Of a stretch of DNA of 64,000 nt, positions 38,195-52,100 are shown piece after piece. The first letter of the stretch is position 1. Every line of letters starts with the position of its first letter. Under the pieces are notes generated by a model that saw only the letters and a list, made by a program, of their open reading frames with translations, was not told where the DNA came from and made no database searches. Position numbers and translations under genes: made by a program. Source of the DNA: Octopus vulgaris (taxonomy: Eukaryota); NCBI GenBank assembly GCA_951406725.2, contig OX597824.1, positions 79,298,001 through 79,362,000 on the forward strand, read 5' to 3'.

Positions 38195-39875
38195 AAAGCA
38201 ACTTGGAATTTAAATATTATTTTTCACCAATAACATGATTTTAAATATTTGGATTTTTTTTTTAATAGTCATGATAAGCATCATTTTCTATGTCCATTTT
38301 GCCATGTTAGCATGGGTTAGATTGAGGCAGATTTTTCAAGAGCCAGATATTTTTCCTGTTACCAACTCTTACTTGCTTTTCAAATAAAGTATTTGTTTCC
38401 AAATTCTAATAGTCTTCACACATTGAAACCAAAGAAAGCTCTGAACTATCATAGTTTTGTTTACTTGAGAACACACAGTGTTAACAAAGACATACAGAAT
38501 AAACACATGCACGCACACATGAGCGTGTGTGTGTGTGTGTGTGTATGTGTGTACACACAACAGGTTCTCTGCACAATTCTGTCTACCTATTCTGCTCAAA
38601 GGGCATTAGTCATCCCAAAACTCTTGTTGAAACCCCACCTAGTTGGACCAAACCTGAAACCCATAAGGTTGTCAGGTTCACTTCACAAGAACAAAATCAT
38701 GTTTGCATCTATATTATATTCATAATTTGTTTGTTTATCAAACAAATTATTGCACCCAGAAATATTTTAATATTAAGCTGAACACAAGGATAAACAATTC
38801 ACAATGTACTTTATATGTATCAAAAGCAGCGAGACAATAAAAGCTAAAATATATGGAAGCAAAACAAATGAAATATATGAAGTTCAATGAAAACAATTAC
38901 GTGGATTCTAGAAACTTAGGTTAAGAAAAAAAGTTTAGCATTTGTGACAGCAATAATAACTGATGGATATTTAAAAACAGAACTAGATAAACTAGAAGCT
39001 AATACTTTTATTAACATTAATCTTCTCAATCAAATGACATCCAAAACCTAAAATCTATGTAAAAACAAATATTAAGAGCAATAAAACTAAAATAATAGTA
39101 AGACATAAAAAAAAATTGTAATAGCTATTAAAATATAAAGTTTTTCTGTAATCATACAACATATAACAGTTGCAAACACATATTTAAAATAGTGTCAAAA
39201 TTTAGCTACAGAAAATTAAAATCAATATATTGATTTCAGAACAGCTCAAAAAAGAAATTCCGGAGCAGAGCTGTATGAAAACAAGTATTCGCGAAGATGA
39301 TTTTATTATGCCATTTACGAATATTCAAATAAAACACATAAGCACAAATTGCTCATGATGTATTTACAAAAAAATATATATCATTAATGCAATATTTGAA
39401 ATTACAATCAATTTGCTCAGTAACTTAATATTTTAATTCTAAAACTAAACTATTTTCAATATAAAATATAAAAATGAATTATACAAAAAGAAGGATAGCA
39501 TTTCTAAACCCCATAACAAATTCTCTGCTATAAAATATAGAAATAATTTCCATTTTAAAAGATAAAAAGAAATTTTGCCATAAAGATTTAATCTTTATTT
39601 CTGGCCCTTTCCTAAACCTCTAAAATGACACAAAAACATTGCACTCGACAAAGTTTTTGTAATTTTTCTTTTTTTAAATTACATCAGACACAAAGTTATG
39701 ATCATGTGTAAGATTCTTTTATTATATAATGTTTTTAGTGTGTGAGAGTGCATGATTTTAATAATTTCTATGCTATGATATCATTGCTTGTTTTAGGTTT
39801 TACTTCAGATTTTAAAATCTGATGTGGATAGAGGCTGCTGTATTCTTAGTCTGGAGCCAGCCTTAGATTGATTAG

Positions 39876-39956
39876 TCAGATGCCTAACGAAGCTGTTAAC
39901 TCATCAATCATGTCAGCCCTCAAAATTTTGGCAAATAATTTCTTCATAAACCTGAT
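39876..39956 (-). CDS. Candidate terminal exon of an upstream minus-strand gene (IRFMKKLFAKILRADMIDELTASLGI* in phase 0, or xQVYEEIICQNFEG* in phase 1)
   Basis: Acceptor atttttgttccgtttattgtgcag|ATC, followed by about 1 kb of repeat-free, U-rich (minus strand), 3'UTR-like sequence. No partner exon confidently found. Confidence 0.35.
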   Translation of the reverse strand: MRFMKKLFAKILRADMIDELTASLGI

Positions 39957-41093
39957 CTGCACAATAAACGGAACAAAAATTCATCAAAACAAAGGCTTGA
40001 GTAAATTTAAACTCTAATACTAAATAAATAATTCACCATTTCCGAAAACATAACATGAAGAAGACCGAGATTACAAATACTGACATTTATGAAGGAGCAA
40101 AAATGATCAATTCATAGCTGTCATCTCTTCGAATATAATACCAATTATTTAATTCTATTAGATTTATGAGGTCACTACACATCCCTGTCAACAACAGATC
40201 AACACCATTTCATTTTTCTACACCCAATATTTTCCTTAAATACGTTTAATGTGTAACGTCCAAATAAGATTTCAACTATGATAGGCATAAAAACAAAAAA
40301 TAACAATGTTTTATGGTCAGCACTGTCTGGGGGTTTTGGGGATTTTTTTTAGATTTAGTGATCAGATAGTGAATATCTAGCAAATCAGGATATCAATCAC
40401 TTCAATAATCACCACTCTCTCTCTCTCTCAACCTCTTAATCACATTTTCTCTTCCTTTTCTTCTTCCTCTTTTTCATCTCGTGAGACAAACAGACAGAAA
40501 TGAAAAATGGATCTCACACTGGTTTCCATGATGAGTCTTCAGTTGAACAATCCATGAAACTAACTATTCACTAAATCAAAGAGCATTCCACAATGATATT
40601 CAGAATCTGCACTTAACACAATCCATCTGGTACATTTTTGCATCAATATACTCTCCACCTACTCAATTTCATTCACAAAAATAGAGTAGAAGAGAATTGC
40701 TGACGGTGAGGTATAATGATATCTAACATAAGACTTCATTATTGCACAGTTAACTTCTTGACCATGGAGCCAAGCTTCTCCAACCACACACACACTGGAA
40801 CATTTTTGTTCATAGGTCTGCTCAATCAAAGCTGGCTTGTTTCTAAACTACAGCAACAATGTAGAAATAAATGACACATGGTGTATATAAGACAGGACGG
40901 AAATAGCATGAAAGAAGACTGCTAACCTAAAATTAACAACATTGATACATTATTGGTTTAAGCGTTTGTTTCGCAAAGTAATAAAATGTATTTTAATAAC
41001 AGTGGCAAATTTCGTAGTAAACAAAGTATGAAAATTCCCTATACCAAAGTATATAGAATGGGACCTTGGAAGTATAACAAGTTTTCAGCAAAG

Positions 41094-41095
<2 letters not shown>

Positions 41096-41152
<57 letters not shown>

Positions 41153-41477
41153 GTTGTCTACTCTTTATACAGAGTTTGACCAACTCCTGTACCTACACCT
41201 TAGAACCATCATGGCATCTGACGTAGCTTTTTAAACCAATGTTTTGAAAAGACACCCACACAGACTACATACCCAATTTGGACCACCAAGAGCTGCAGAT
41301 AAGTTCTGATCTTTGTGGATCTTGAAATATATTTTGAGGCTTCTGTTAGATTTGCAAACCTTCTGGTATACACTTCATTGAAAGGTGTGCACAGACATAT
41401 AGGCACAATAGTTATGCATGCATACATACATACATACATACATACATACATACATACATACATACATACATACATAC
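41096..41477. repeat. Microsatellites (TA)n and (CATA)n; many more (TA)n, (TG)n, (CA)n and (AAT)n tracts across the window
   Basis: Directly visible. Confidence 0.95.
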
Positions 41478-42283
41478 AGACACTTTGGTAGGAAGTTGTT
41501 AAATAGTTATCACACAAAGACCAATAGGCAAATTAACACCAAACTTAATATTTTCTTTCTTTCTGTTTATCTGTCCATCAAGTAAAGGCATGTAACCTCA
41601 TGGTTTAAGTGTTCGACTCAAAACCACTAGGTTTTAGGTTCAATTCACAGATGAGGTGTCCTTGAGCAAAACACTTCATTTCATGCTGCTTCACCTGTAA
41701 ATGAGTACTGGTGAAAGTTGGAAGACTAAGCCTGCAACAAACAGGCATCCCATTCAGAGGGGTGGGTCTTGTATTCTCACCATGGAAACTAGGATAAGCT
41801 CAGCCAAAAGGGATTAGAGGCTCAAGACAAGACTTCAACTTAGCCTATATATATCTACCAACTTATATATCTATCTCTTTCTCTTTGTATGTACACACAC
41901 ACACACTTGTATGAAATTGGTGGTTCACTTCCATTACTAAAGCGTTCCATACTATATGAGCAATCCTTCCAACAACAAATGCACCTTTGTGCTACCTGCA
42001 GAAAAAGACAGAATAAAATCTACTCCGGATATGGGCAATCTGCACCACTCAAGATGTATGCAGCTCTATGTGTCTTACTGTTTAACACAATGTCATAAAC
42101 ATTTTCATTTCTTTCTTTCATTCATTCAGTTACAGTTTTCTGCAATCAGCATCTTAATGATTTTTGCTTAGTGTAATATATTGTTCTGTCTGAGCTATAT
42201 ATGATGCTGGTTAAATTATTCATTAGTGATGAGGTCCAATTTATAATCTTTAATCTCATAAAATTGCTGACATCTATTAAATA

Positions 42284-42704
42284 GGCGCAGGAGTGGCTGT
42301 GTGATAAGTAGTTTGTTTACCAACCACATGGTTCCGGGTTCAGTCCCACTGCGTGGCACCTTGGGCAAGTGTCTTCTACTATAGCCTCGGGCCGACCAAA
42401 GCCTTGTGAGTGGATTTGGTAGACGGAAACTGAAAGAAGCCCGTCGTATATAAGTATATATATATATATATGTGCGTGTGTGTGTTTGTGTGTCTGTGTT
42501 TGTCCCCCCAACATCGCTTGACAACCAATGCTGGTGTGTTTACGTCTCCGTAACTTAGCGGTTTGGCAAAAAGAGACCGATAGAATAAGTACAAGGCTTA
42601 CAAAGAATAAGACCTGGGGTTGATTTGCTCAACTAAAAAAAAAGGCGGTGCTCCAGCATGGCCGCAGTCAAATGACTGAAACAAGTAAAAGAGTAAAGAG
42701 AGAG
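42284..42704 (+). mobile_element. SINE family A, full length
   Basis: Family consensus match. Confidence 0.9.
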
Positions 42705-43049
42705 TTAATACATTTCCTCCCGTCTGTAGATCCAAACATGATTGTGCATGTGTGCATACATGCATTTGATCACACACATACTCTCATGCACATGCAACTG
42801 CTTTATCAAAAGAAAGGCAAGATTTAAAGTAAAATTTGCTTTTCCCTTCATATAGTTTTGCCTAGTGGTTGCAGTATACTCCCAAAGGTGTCTACATTTT
42901 AAACATGTATGCATCAATACACTGTACTCCAATTTCAAAAGATAAAAATAAAAATAAACATTAAACATTGATTGAACCTTGTTAGACCTAATTATATAAT
43001 AATACCCAGGACATTAGAAGACAACTCTATCAGAGACTGTTATCAGTTA

Positions 43050-44279
43050 GAAGGAGTCAACTGTATGACCATTCCACCCTCAGAACTTATAAATCCCTGT
43101 ATAAAATCTACATGACTGTGTATAGAAGACATTGAATTATCACTGACTATTTCCCCTAAGTCCAGGCTCTCCTTCCCTCCCTAATCAAATCATTAATAGA
43201 TCTCTGAATCTTCACTCACCACTTAAGGTATTATGCTAGGATGCTTTAAAATTCAAAGTAAAATTCTGAAGACATTCACTAGCTAAACCACAAAAAAAAA
43301 AATAAACATACACAGTATAAACAGGAAGTTTTTTAATGGGAAATTCTTCTTACACAGAAGAATGTTACGTTTTTTTTTTTTTGTTTATTTTCTCTATCTT
43401 CAAATAACAATGCTAATTGAATTGTGGTTACATGTGATTCAAGACTCAGCAACAGTTATGGTTACCTGCAGTACAAAACATAAACTCTTTAGCTTTCAGA
43501 ATACTTTGTCAAATGTAATACTTATTTATTCACATTTTATATAATGAAACCTGTATTTTCTTGTAGCTTTGAGACTTCAAAGATGTTATTGCTTATTTTT
43601 AGAATGACATTGTAAGGTAGGTGAAAGGCTGGATTTGGCCAGTTTACACAAAAAAATAGATAGAATTTTGGGGTCAGATATGGTTAGTTTAAATGCTAAA
43701 TGGCTAGGCATTAACAAAAAATTCCCAGTTCATAGAAATAGTATAATTTTCTTCTTTTCTGGACTTTAAGAAGTCAAAAGAATTAGAATATGAAAACAAT
43801 AAACCAAAACCTATGATCACATTATCAAAAATTACCTGATATAATTTTCTTCTTTTCTGGACTTTAAGAAGTCAAAACCTATGATCACATTATCAAAAAT
43901 TACCTGATATAATTTTCATTTACTGCCATTGTTTATAAACGAAATATAAAATTATAGACTATTTGCCAACATGTGGCTGTCCAACATGTTACTGTTCTTT
44001 AGCCTGAAACATTGTTTCCAGCTGCCTATACAACACAATATCTGTGTCCTTATATTTAAAGAAAAAAATAAGGGCACAGATATTGTATGGTATAGCCAGC
44101 TGGAAACGATGTTTTGGGCTAAACAACAGTAACAATCGTCCTACCCAGGACAGCCACATTATGTTGGCAAATAGGCTTTAAAGAGCTGTTACTGAAGGAG
44201 TCAACTGTATGACCATTCCACCCTCAGAACTTATAAATCCCTGTATAAAATCTACATGACTGTGTATAGAAGACATTGA
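43050..44279 (+). repeat. Identical 86-bp direct repeat (43050-43135 and 44194-44279)
   Basis: gaaggagtcaactgtatgacc...tatagaagacattga, exact match. Confidence 0.95.
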
Positions 44280-45599
44280 GATTTAAATATGTTTCTATTT
44301 ACAAAATTTTAATTCATATTCAACAGTTAATAAAAAGTTTTCACAAAGAAAATTGAATTTTACTGTCCAATCACCACAAACAGCAAGTCTTGCAAGGAAT
44401 GGGCATAAGACTCAGAGCCAAGTCTTCAAACACTGACTTCAGACCCAAAACAGGAATGGGACAAACCAATAATTTCCGAAAGTCAGCTTGTATATCCGAA
44501 TCTGAATGTGTCCACACAACATATCTAAACTTAGTAATTTATGGCTGAAATATATACTGAGTTAGTGACTAAATCCTTAGTATACATTTAGTGAAGTACA
44601 GTTCATAACAAAGAAAAAAATATACATAAGGAATTCTTTAATTGGTTTTTGTTATTCACAAATATATTCAATTATATCAACCCCAGTACTTTATTTATTT
44701 CTATTGACTGGTACTTATTTTATTGGCTTCAAAGGAAAAGGAAAAGTGAATTTCAGTGAGATTTGAACTCAGAACATAGACGGACATAATTAAAACTAAA
44801 TACTACAAAATATTTCGTCTGCCACTCTACCAGTAAGGAGGTAAGCAAAGTTAATTTGAGTTGAATCTGAACTCAAGAGAGTAAAGAGTAAAGGGATATA
44901 ATTAAATATTCTCTAAGTATTTCATCTAAAAATCAACCAATTCCACCATTTATGCATTTTCTCCTCAAATTCTTAAAAGTAGTTTTTAAAAAAAATAAAA
45001 TATACTAAATGAATATTGCTTAATAAGAACCTGTAAGTTTTCATTTGAAGTAAAAGTTATTTTTCATATAAAAAAAAAAGTTGAGAAACAATGTGTCCGA
45101 GAACTACAGATTTCTAAAACCTCATGTTTTTGTTTTTTTTAATATACAGTTATTCTGAGCTGGAAATCAACTTACTAATTCACTGTACTCAGGAGTAGTT
45201 AGCTAAAAAATTTTAAACCCACTGGTTGAACAGGATAGAAGTCTGCTTCAAAAGTAAGCCATCAGTCTCAAAATATATAATAAACCACTGAACTGTATCC
45301 ACCTACCTCCTTTTCTATTTCACCTACGAGTTTTGCTTGTCTGAAATGACTGACTAGATGTCACCTAAACATAAGGCAACTCCATTGTGATTTGAACTCA
45401 GAATACAAGGAAACACAATCAAAAACTGCACTTTATTTTTAGTACCATGGTCAATTATAATAACGATGAAGATAATTTCTAACATAGGCAGAAAGTCTCA
45501 AATTTGGTACAAGGGTGAAAACCAATTAAGAACGACCCAAGTACATGACAGGTATCTAATAACCCTGGAAGGGTCAAAAGACAAAATCAAAATTTCAGT

Positions 45600-45890
45600 C
45601 TGAAGACAGACCATAGCATGTAAATAAGCCTGAGATCTTCCATGGCAAAAATGACTAACATATGAATAAGCAACAAAGCAACACCAAATGACTATAATGT
45701 TGTAGAAAAGCAATCTGAAAATATAAGAAAAATACACTAACTTAGTTTGGGAACGTCTACCATTTTGTTTGCAATAGGTACAACAGGACAGATAAATGAC
45801 CACTTTGTGAAAACACTAACAGGCTATCTGGCTACCTCTAAGGACAGACATAGGCAGATTCCAGAAAGTATTATTGCAATGTTAACATAA
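45600..45890 (+). mobile_element. Older, decayed RLE-domain non-LTR retrotransposon fragment
   Basis: Frameshifted peptide ...NKPEI...ATPNDYNVVEKQSENIRK/YTNL...ILFAIGTTGQIN resembles the PD-(D/E)xK RLE motif series. Confidence 0.5.
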
Positions 45891-45942
45891 CCTTTGTTAA
45901 ACTTGGAACATTTTTATACAGTATAAACAGTAACTGCACGAC

Positions 45943-46117
45943 AATGTGAGGTATATTTGCCATCTCAATATGGCTAACCACTAAGGGTGGGTGTTACTGT
46001 AGCTTATAGCCCCGTGCCTAAAGCCAGCTGGAGGACATGTTCTCCTGGGGCTATAAGCTACAGTAACACCCACCCTTAGTGGTTAGCCATATTGAGATGG
46101 CAAATATACCTCACATT
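45943..46117. repeat. Perfect 71-bp inverted repeat with 33-nt spacer
   Basis: 45943-46013 is the exact reverse complement of 46047-46117. Confidence 0.95.
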
Positions 46118-46875
46118 TTTATACATGTTTTCTAAAATTTTCTTAATTCTTTCCAATGTAAGAAAAGAAACAGCTTGTGTATTTCTCTAGCCACAAATAA
46201 TTTAAAAAAATACATATAGTGATGATCAAGATGATCATGAAGAGAACAGCATAAATCCAGTTTGAAATAGATACGAGTCATTTAATATCCTGTAAGAAAC
46301 AAAATTACACAAATGCAATAAAATACCACAACATAACACCCCACCAAAACAACTATCATGCAGACATTACAACAATGATATTACAACACAAATTTACAAC
46401 TATGTTCATCAGAATTAACTCCACTATACTCAAAGACAAACCAAAATCCATAACAGTGGGTTCAATGCTGAGCCAACACTCAGTAAGAGCAACTGATCAA
46501 AGGCAGGACACTTGTCTTAAGTCAACACCTCTTTGATGAGACAATGAAGTAAGACCCTACACAGCTGTTCAATCTGCTAGGAATAGCAATAGCAGTAAAA
46601 CCTTCCTCAAATCACACTCAGCTATCTTAAAAAAGGAATAGAACATTAGGCGGTGTTGTCCTTAATGCATATTTGGAAGAGAATATGGGATGGTCATAGC
46701 TGGAATACCTTTGATTACATAGATCTATCTGCTCAACCAAGGATGACCTGGGTTTTAAACAACAACAATAACAACAACCTGAATATTTGGTGATCTTCGA
46801 ATGTACAGATCCATCCAACATATTGAACAGTGAGAGACAAGAAAAATGGGCTAAAACAAAACAATAATAATAATG

Positions 46876-48370
46876 GTCTCAAATTTTGCTACAAGGGCAG
46901 CAATTTTGGGGAGGGGACAAGTCGATTACATCAACTCCAGTGCGCAACTGGTTCTTAATTTATCGACCCCGAAAGGATGAAAGGCAATATCGACCTTGGC
47001 GAAATTTGAACTCAGAACGTAGCGTCAGACGAAATACCGCTAAGCATTTCACCCAGTGTGCTAACGATTCAGCCAGCTCACCACAATAATAATAATGGTT
47101 TCAAATTTTGCACAAGACCAGCAATTTGGAGGTAGGGAGTAAATCAATTATATCAACCCCAGAGTACAACTGGTACTTATTTTAGCAACCCCGAGAGGAT
47201 GAAAGGCAGAGTTGACCGCGGCAGAATTTAAAGTCAGAATGTGCAGATGAGCGAAATGCCGCTAAGCAATATGCCTGGCGTGCTAACGACTCTGCCAGCT
47301 CGACGCCTGAATAATAATAATCCTTTCTACTATAGGCACAAGGCTTGGAACTTAGGGAAAGGGGGCTTGTCGATCTTAATAATGACCACAAAGAACATGA
47401 AACATCTAGAACAAAACATTGTACTTGACCATGCAAAATTGAAATGAAACTGATAAACTGACCATGATTGAAAAATCAGGTGCATCCATAGAGTACAACT
47501 GTATTGAAAACAAGAAGAAAAAAAAGTTAACAAGGAGTTAATAATATGAAAAACATCTTGAAATCTACAATAATAATAACATTAATAATGGTTTCAAATT
47601 TTGGCATAAAGCCAGCAATTTTAAGGAGATGGGGTTTCATAAACCCCAATATTTGACTTGTAAGGACGAATTGCAAAGTTAACTTGAACGGGATTTGAAC
47701 TTAGAATGTAAAGAGCCAGAAGAAATGCTACTAAGCATTTGCCCAGCATGTTTAGTTTCTAATATAGGATCAGGGCCAGAAATTTGGCTGGAAGGGGTTT
47801 TGTTGATTATATTGCTCCTAGTATTTGGGTGATACTTCATTTTGACTTCTGAAAGATAAAAGACAAAGTTAACCCAGCAGGATTTGAACTCAGAATATAA
47901 AAAGCCAGAACAAATAACACAGGGTTTGTTTTTTTTATCTAGTGTTCTAACAATTTTGCTAATACACTATACTTACAATAATGATAACAATTTCTTACAT
48001 AGGTACTAAGGCAGAAATTGAGGAGGGGATCAATCAAAATGACTTCAGTACATGGCTGGTATTTTATTTCAGCAACCTTGGAAGGATGAAAAACAAAGTT
48101 GACCTTGATGGGATTTGAACTCAGAACGTGAAGAACTAGAACAATGATTACCAAGGTTACATCGATTGCAAGGTTACTACCGATTGCATCAAACTTTAGA
48201 GAGATTACAGTCAATCATACCAACCCCAATATTTAAAAAGTATTTTAACCACTGTCCCAATGCCACCCACTCAGAGGATGAAAAGCAAAGCTGGCCATCA
48301 TGAGATTTAAAATCAGAATCTAAAATGGCATAATCAAACACCACATGACCTTTTGTCGGCAGCTCTACCA
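46876..48370 (-). mobile_element. Second head-to-tail array of about 7 SINE family B copies
   Basis: Same unit, variable divergence, (AAT)n spacers. Confidence 0.8.
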
Positions 48371-48819
48371 ATTAATAATACCTATTTATTGCATAGATTA
48401 CAATGCAACAAACTACAAAGGAAGCAGTAAGGAACAGTATCTCCAAGTATATTGCTGATACTTCTTTTACTGACCCCCAAAGGAATTAAATGGAAAGTTA
48501 ACCTCTTAGTCTGGCACTCAACCATATTTCTGCTGGCTCAGTGATCTCAATAACAGCAGTAGCAATTTCACAAGGTCACTAATCTTTTGTTATATCTATA
48601 TTCCCATGCTTTACTGGATGAGAGGATTTATACATTAGAGCAATTGTTTTTATGGCTGAATGCCTTTCCTGCTACAAAACACACAGCCACAACAAAGTGT
48701 CTGCACCCCGACCAAACCACCCCTATTCAGCTCGTTCAGAAACTGAACTAGAGCAGAGTCAGATGCTTTATCAGAGGAACAACGCAACTGACAGCTAATA
48801 AGGGGAGTGTGTGGCAGAC

Positions 48820-49178
48820 ACAGGAGTGGCTGTGTGGTAAATAGCTTGCTTCCCAACCACATGGTTCCGGGTTCAGTACCACTGTATGGCACCTTGGGTA
48901 AGTGTCTTCTACTATGGCCTCGGCCTTGTGAGTGGATTTAGTAGACGAAAACTAAAAGAAGCTTGTCATATATGTGTGTGTGTTTGCCACCCCACAAACA
49001 TCGCTTGGCAACCGATGCTGGTGTGTTTACACCCCTGTAACTTAGCAGTTCGGCAAAAGAGGCCGATAGAATAAGTACTGGGCTTGCAAAAAAGTTCTAG
49101 GGTCGATTTGCTCAACTAAAGGCAGTGCTCCAGCATGGCCAGAGTCAAATGACTGAAACAAGTAAAAGAATAAAAGAA
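48820..49178 (+). mobile_element. SINE family A
   Basis: Family consensus match with deletions. Confidence 0.85.
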
Positions 49179-52100
49179 TATGATCGTAGTCCAGAAACTC
49201 AACCTCACAGCCATTGTGCCTTTCACAACTCAATGACAAGAACTAACGATATTAAAGACTATGACCATTAAGAAGAAAAAGAACTACTACAATGCAATTT
49301 GGTGTCATACACTGCTATCTCTGCTAGCTCTCTACCTTAACCCTTCAGCATTCAGATTACCCTACGAAATGCAAAACTTATTTATTCACATTGTTTTGAA
49401 TTTATCATGCATATCTCGTAGCTTTGAGATTTCAATGATGTGACAATTTTTAGAATGACAGTATAGGGTGGGTGTGAGAAGCTAGATCTGATCAGTTTGA
49501 AGATAAAACAGGTAGAATATTTTTGGGTGAATATGACTGGTTTAAATACTACATGGTTAAACATCTCTTCAGAATAGCAGCATTCATTCACCCTGAAATG
49601 GGGGGGGGGGAGATTTGCAAATTTATGCTATTTCTATGTGCAACAAAAAAAATATCATTAAATCGTATCTATAGCTTTCATTTGTAAATAAATAAAAATC
49701 AATTCTAAATTAAAGAAAAACAAATTGAAATTTAAGATAATAAATATATCAATGTAATCCATACATTACACACATACACACACAAATATATAGTTTCAAA
49801 TAAATAAAATATACTTCCCTGACATAGCAAAAGAGATTTTATAAAGAGAAATTCCAATTTATTAATTCAAATATATAATAAAAAATGTAAATTGAGGTCA
49901 TTATTAAAAAGGAATGTTGTATTTCGACAGAAATTCAATTATGAACACACACACGAACATAAAACCCAAACGACTTTAAAGTACAAGTACAGAAATTTTC
50001 AAATGGCATTTATGCCTATACATAAAGACAAGATTCTTTTGTGATGGTAATTCATCTTGTAAATAACACAAAAATTCAAATACAAATACTCAAATACAAC
50101 TATAATTGTCATAAAAAATTGGTCAATTCGACAAAAGTGCTTTAAGATAATTAAGCAAAAATCTGAAACTGAAGCTTATTAAAAAGATAATTTTTAAAGC
50201 TTTTTTTTTTTTTTTTTTGCTTTCCTCTCTTAACTAAGTGTTCTGTACATGAATAAAGGAAAAGGCACACACAGAAGAAAGAGCAACTAACTTAGTGCAT
50301 TATCTACTAGTACCTTTGAAGGTAGGTGTTCAGAATCAAAGAAACTAGAAACACTGAAAAGGGTTTATCAATGACGGTGATAATGAGATTGTAATTAATT
50401 TATACATAACATTTTAATAATCTCTATACACCTAAATGATTGTTTAGAAGTTACTGTGTAGGTAAGACAATTAGAGAGAGACAGAGAGTGAGAGACGGGA
50501 TTTTGCTTGCAACTAGTGGTACAAACAAGGTAAAAAGTTATTCAAGATAGTAGAGTAAAATCATGTTGTCTTTAAAGTTACAGATGGCAACTAGTCATTA
50601 CTTCAAATTTCACATTAAAGTGGCAATCATCAGATGGTGAAACATATGCTTATATACTACTATAGAAAGAAAAGGTATAGTAATGACCCAGTGAATGATT
50701 TAACCCTTTAGTATTTATTTCTTTATTGCTCACAGGGGACTAAAAACATAGAGAGGACAAACAAGGACAGACAAAGGGATTAAGTCAATTACATCGACTC
50801 CACTGCATAACTGGTACTTATTTAATCGACCCCAAAAGGATGAACGGCAAAAGTCGACTTCGACAGAATTTGAACTCAGAACGTAACAGCAGATGAAATA
50901 CCCTTAGCCCAGCATGCTAATGTTTCTGCCAGCTCGCCAAATCGTCTACCTGTTTTATGTTCAAACTGGCCAGGTCTGGACTTTCACGCCTACCCTGCAA
51001 CGTCATTCTCAAAATAAACAATCACATGGCTCAAACCCTCAAAGCTGTGAGATAATGTATGATTAATTCAAAACAATGCAAATAATTGTTAGATTTGACA
51101 GTAACCTGAATTCTAAGGGGTTAAGTAATATATATAATTTAATTTTTTATACACAAAACACTTAAGGCAGTGAGCTGGAAGAATCATTAGCATGCTAGGC
51201 AAAATGCTTTGCGGCATTTCATTTGTCTTTGCATTCAGTTCAAATTCTACTGAGGTCAATTGTGCCTTTCATCCTTTCAAGGTCAATAAAATAATTACCA
51301 GTACAACATAGGGATTGATGTTATCGACTTACCCCTCCACCCAAGTTGCTGGCTTTGTGCCAAATTATGAAATCAATATATATGACACTTAAGAAGAACT
51401 ACATAAATGTTCAAAACAACATTTACAATATCAATCCTAATTTTGGCACACACACAAATAAAAAATATATTCACACACTGAAATACACAGAAAAAGAAAA
51501 TACACATATACACACATTTGTAATGTGGAGTGGAGTGACCTCATTCATGTATGAGCAACTTGTCAGTCTTCCATAAAAGACTTTGCGCAGGCCTACACCC
51601 TGGAGAAGCACTTGTCAGATGCAGGTACAAGCTCAACAGATAGATTTCTTAGAATACCTACATATTTGCATACATTTACACACAGATGCCTGCATACATC
51701 TCTATCCGCACCACAAATTCATATAAATATGAATATGCATACATAAACACAAATACACCCTCGTATTTGTATAAGTATGCTCAGTGTGTGTGTGTGTGTA
51801 TGTGTGTGTACTAACACTAAGATGCTATCTTAAAAATCTTGATACAAAGTATATATTTTCCCAAGGAAGTAAGGAGATAATGAGTGAGGAAGGGTTGAAG
51901 TCGCTAACAGAAGATTCCTCAATGGCTGGAAACATTTAGAGTTGTTGTCTACAGAACTGTTGCGTCAGTACACTATATCATCTCTGACTCCTCAATTTAT
52001 AAATAAACTCAATTAGATAAATAATGCTTCCTTATTAAGATTACATAATTATTAAGGTGAATGTAATGTGAAAAATTACATTAAACTGAATAAAAAATTT

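Noticed and set aside
41273-41320. Candidate small exon IHKDQNLSAALGGPNW with gtatgt donor, upstream of the 39956 exon
   Set aside because: Weak aag acceptor and no recognisable homology; cannot be supported.
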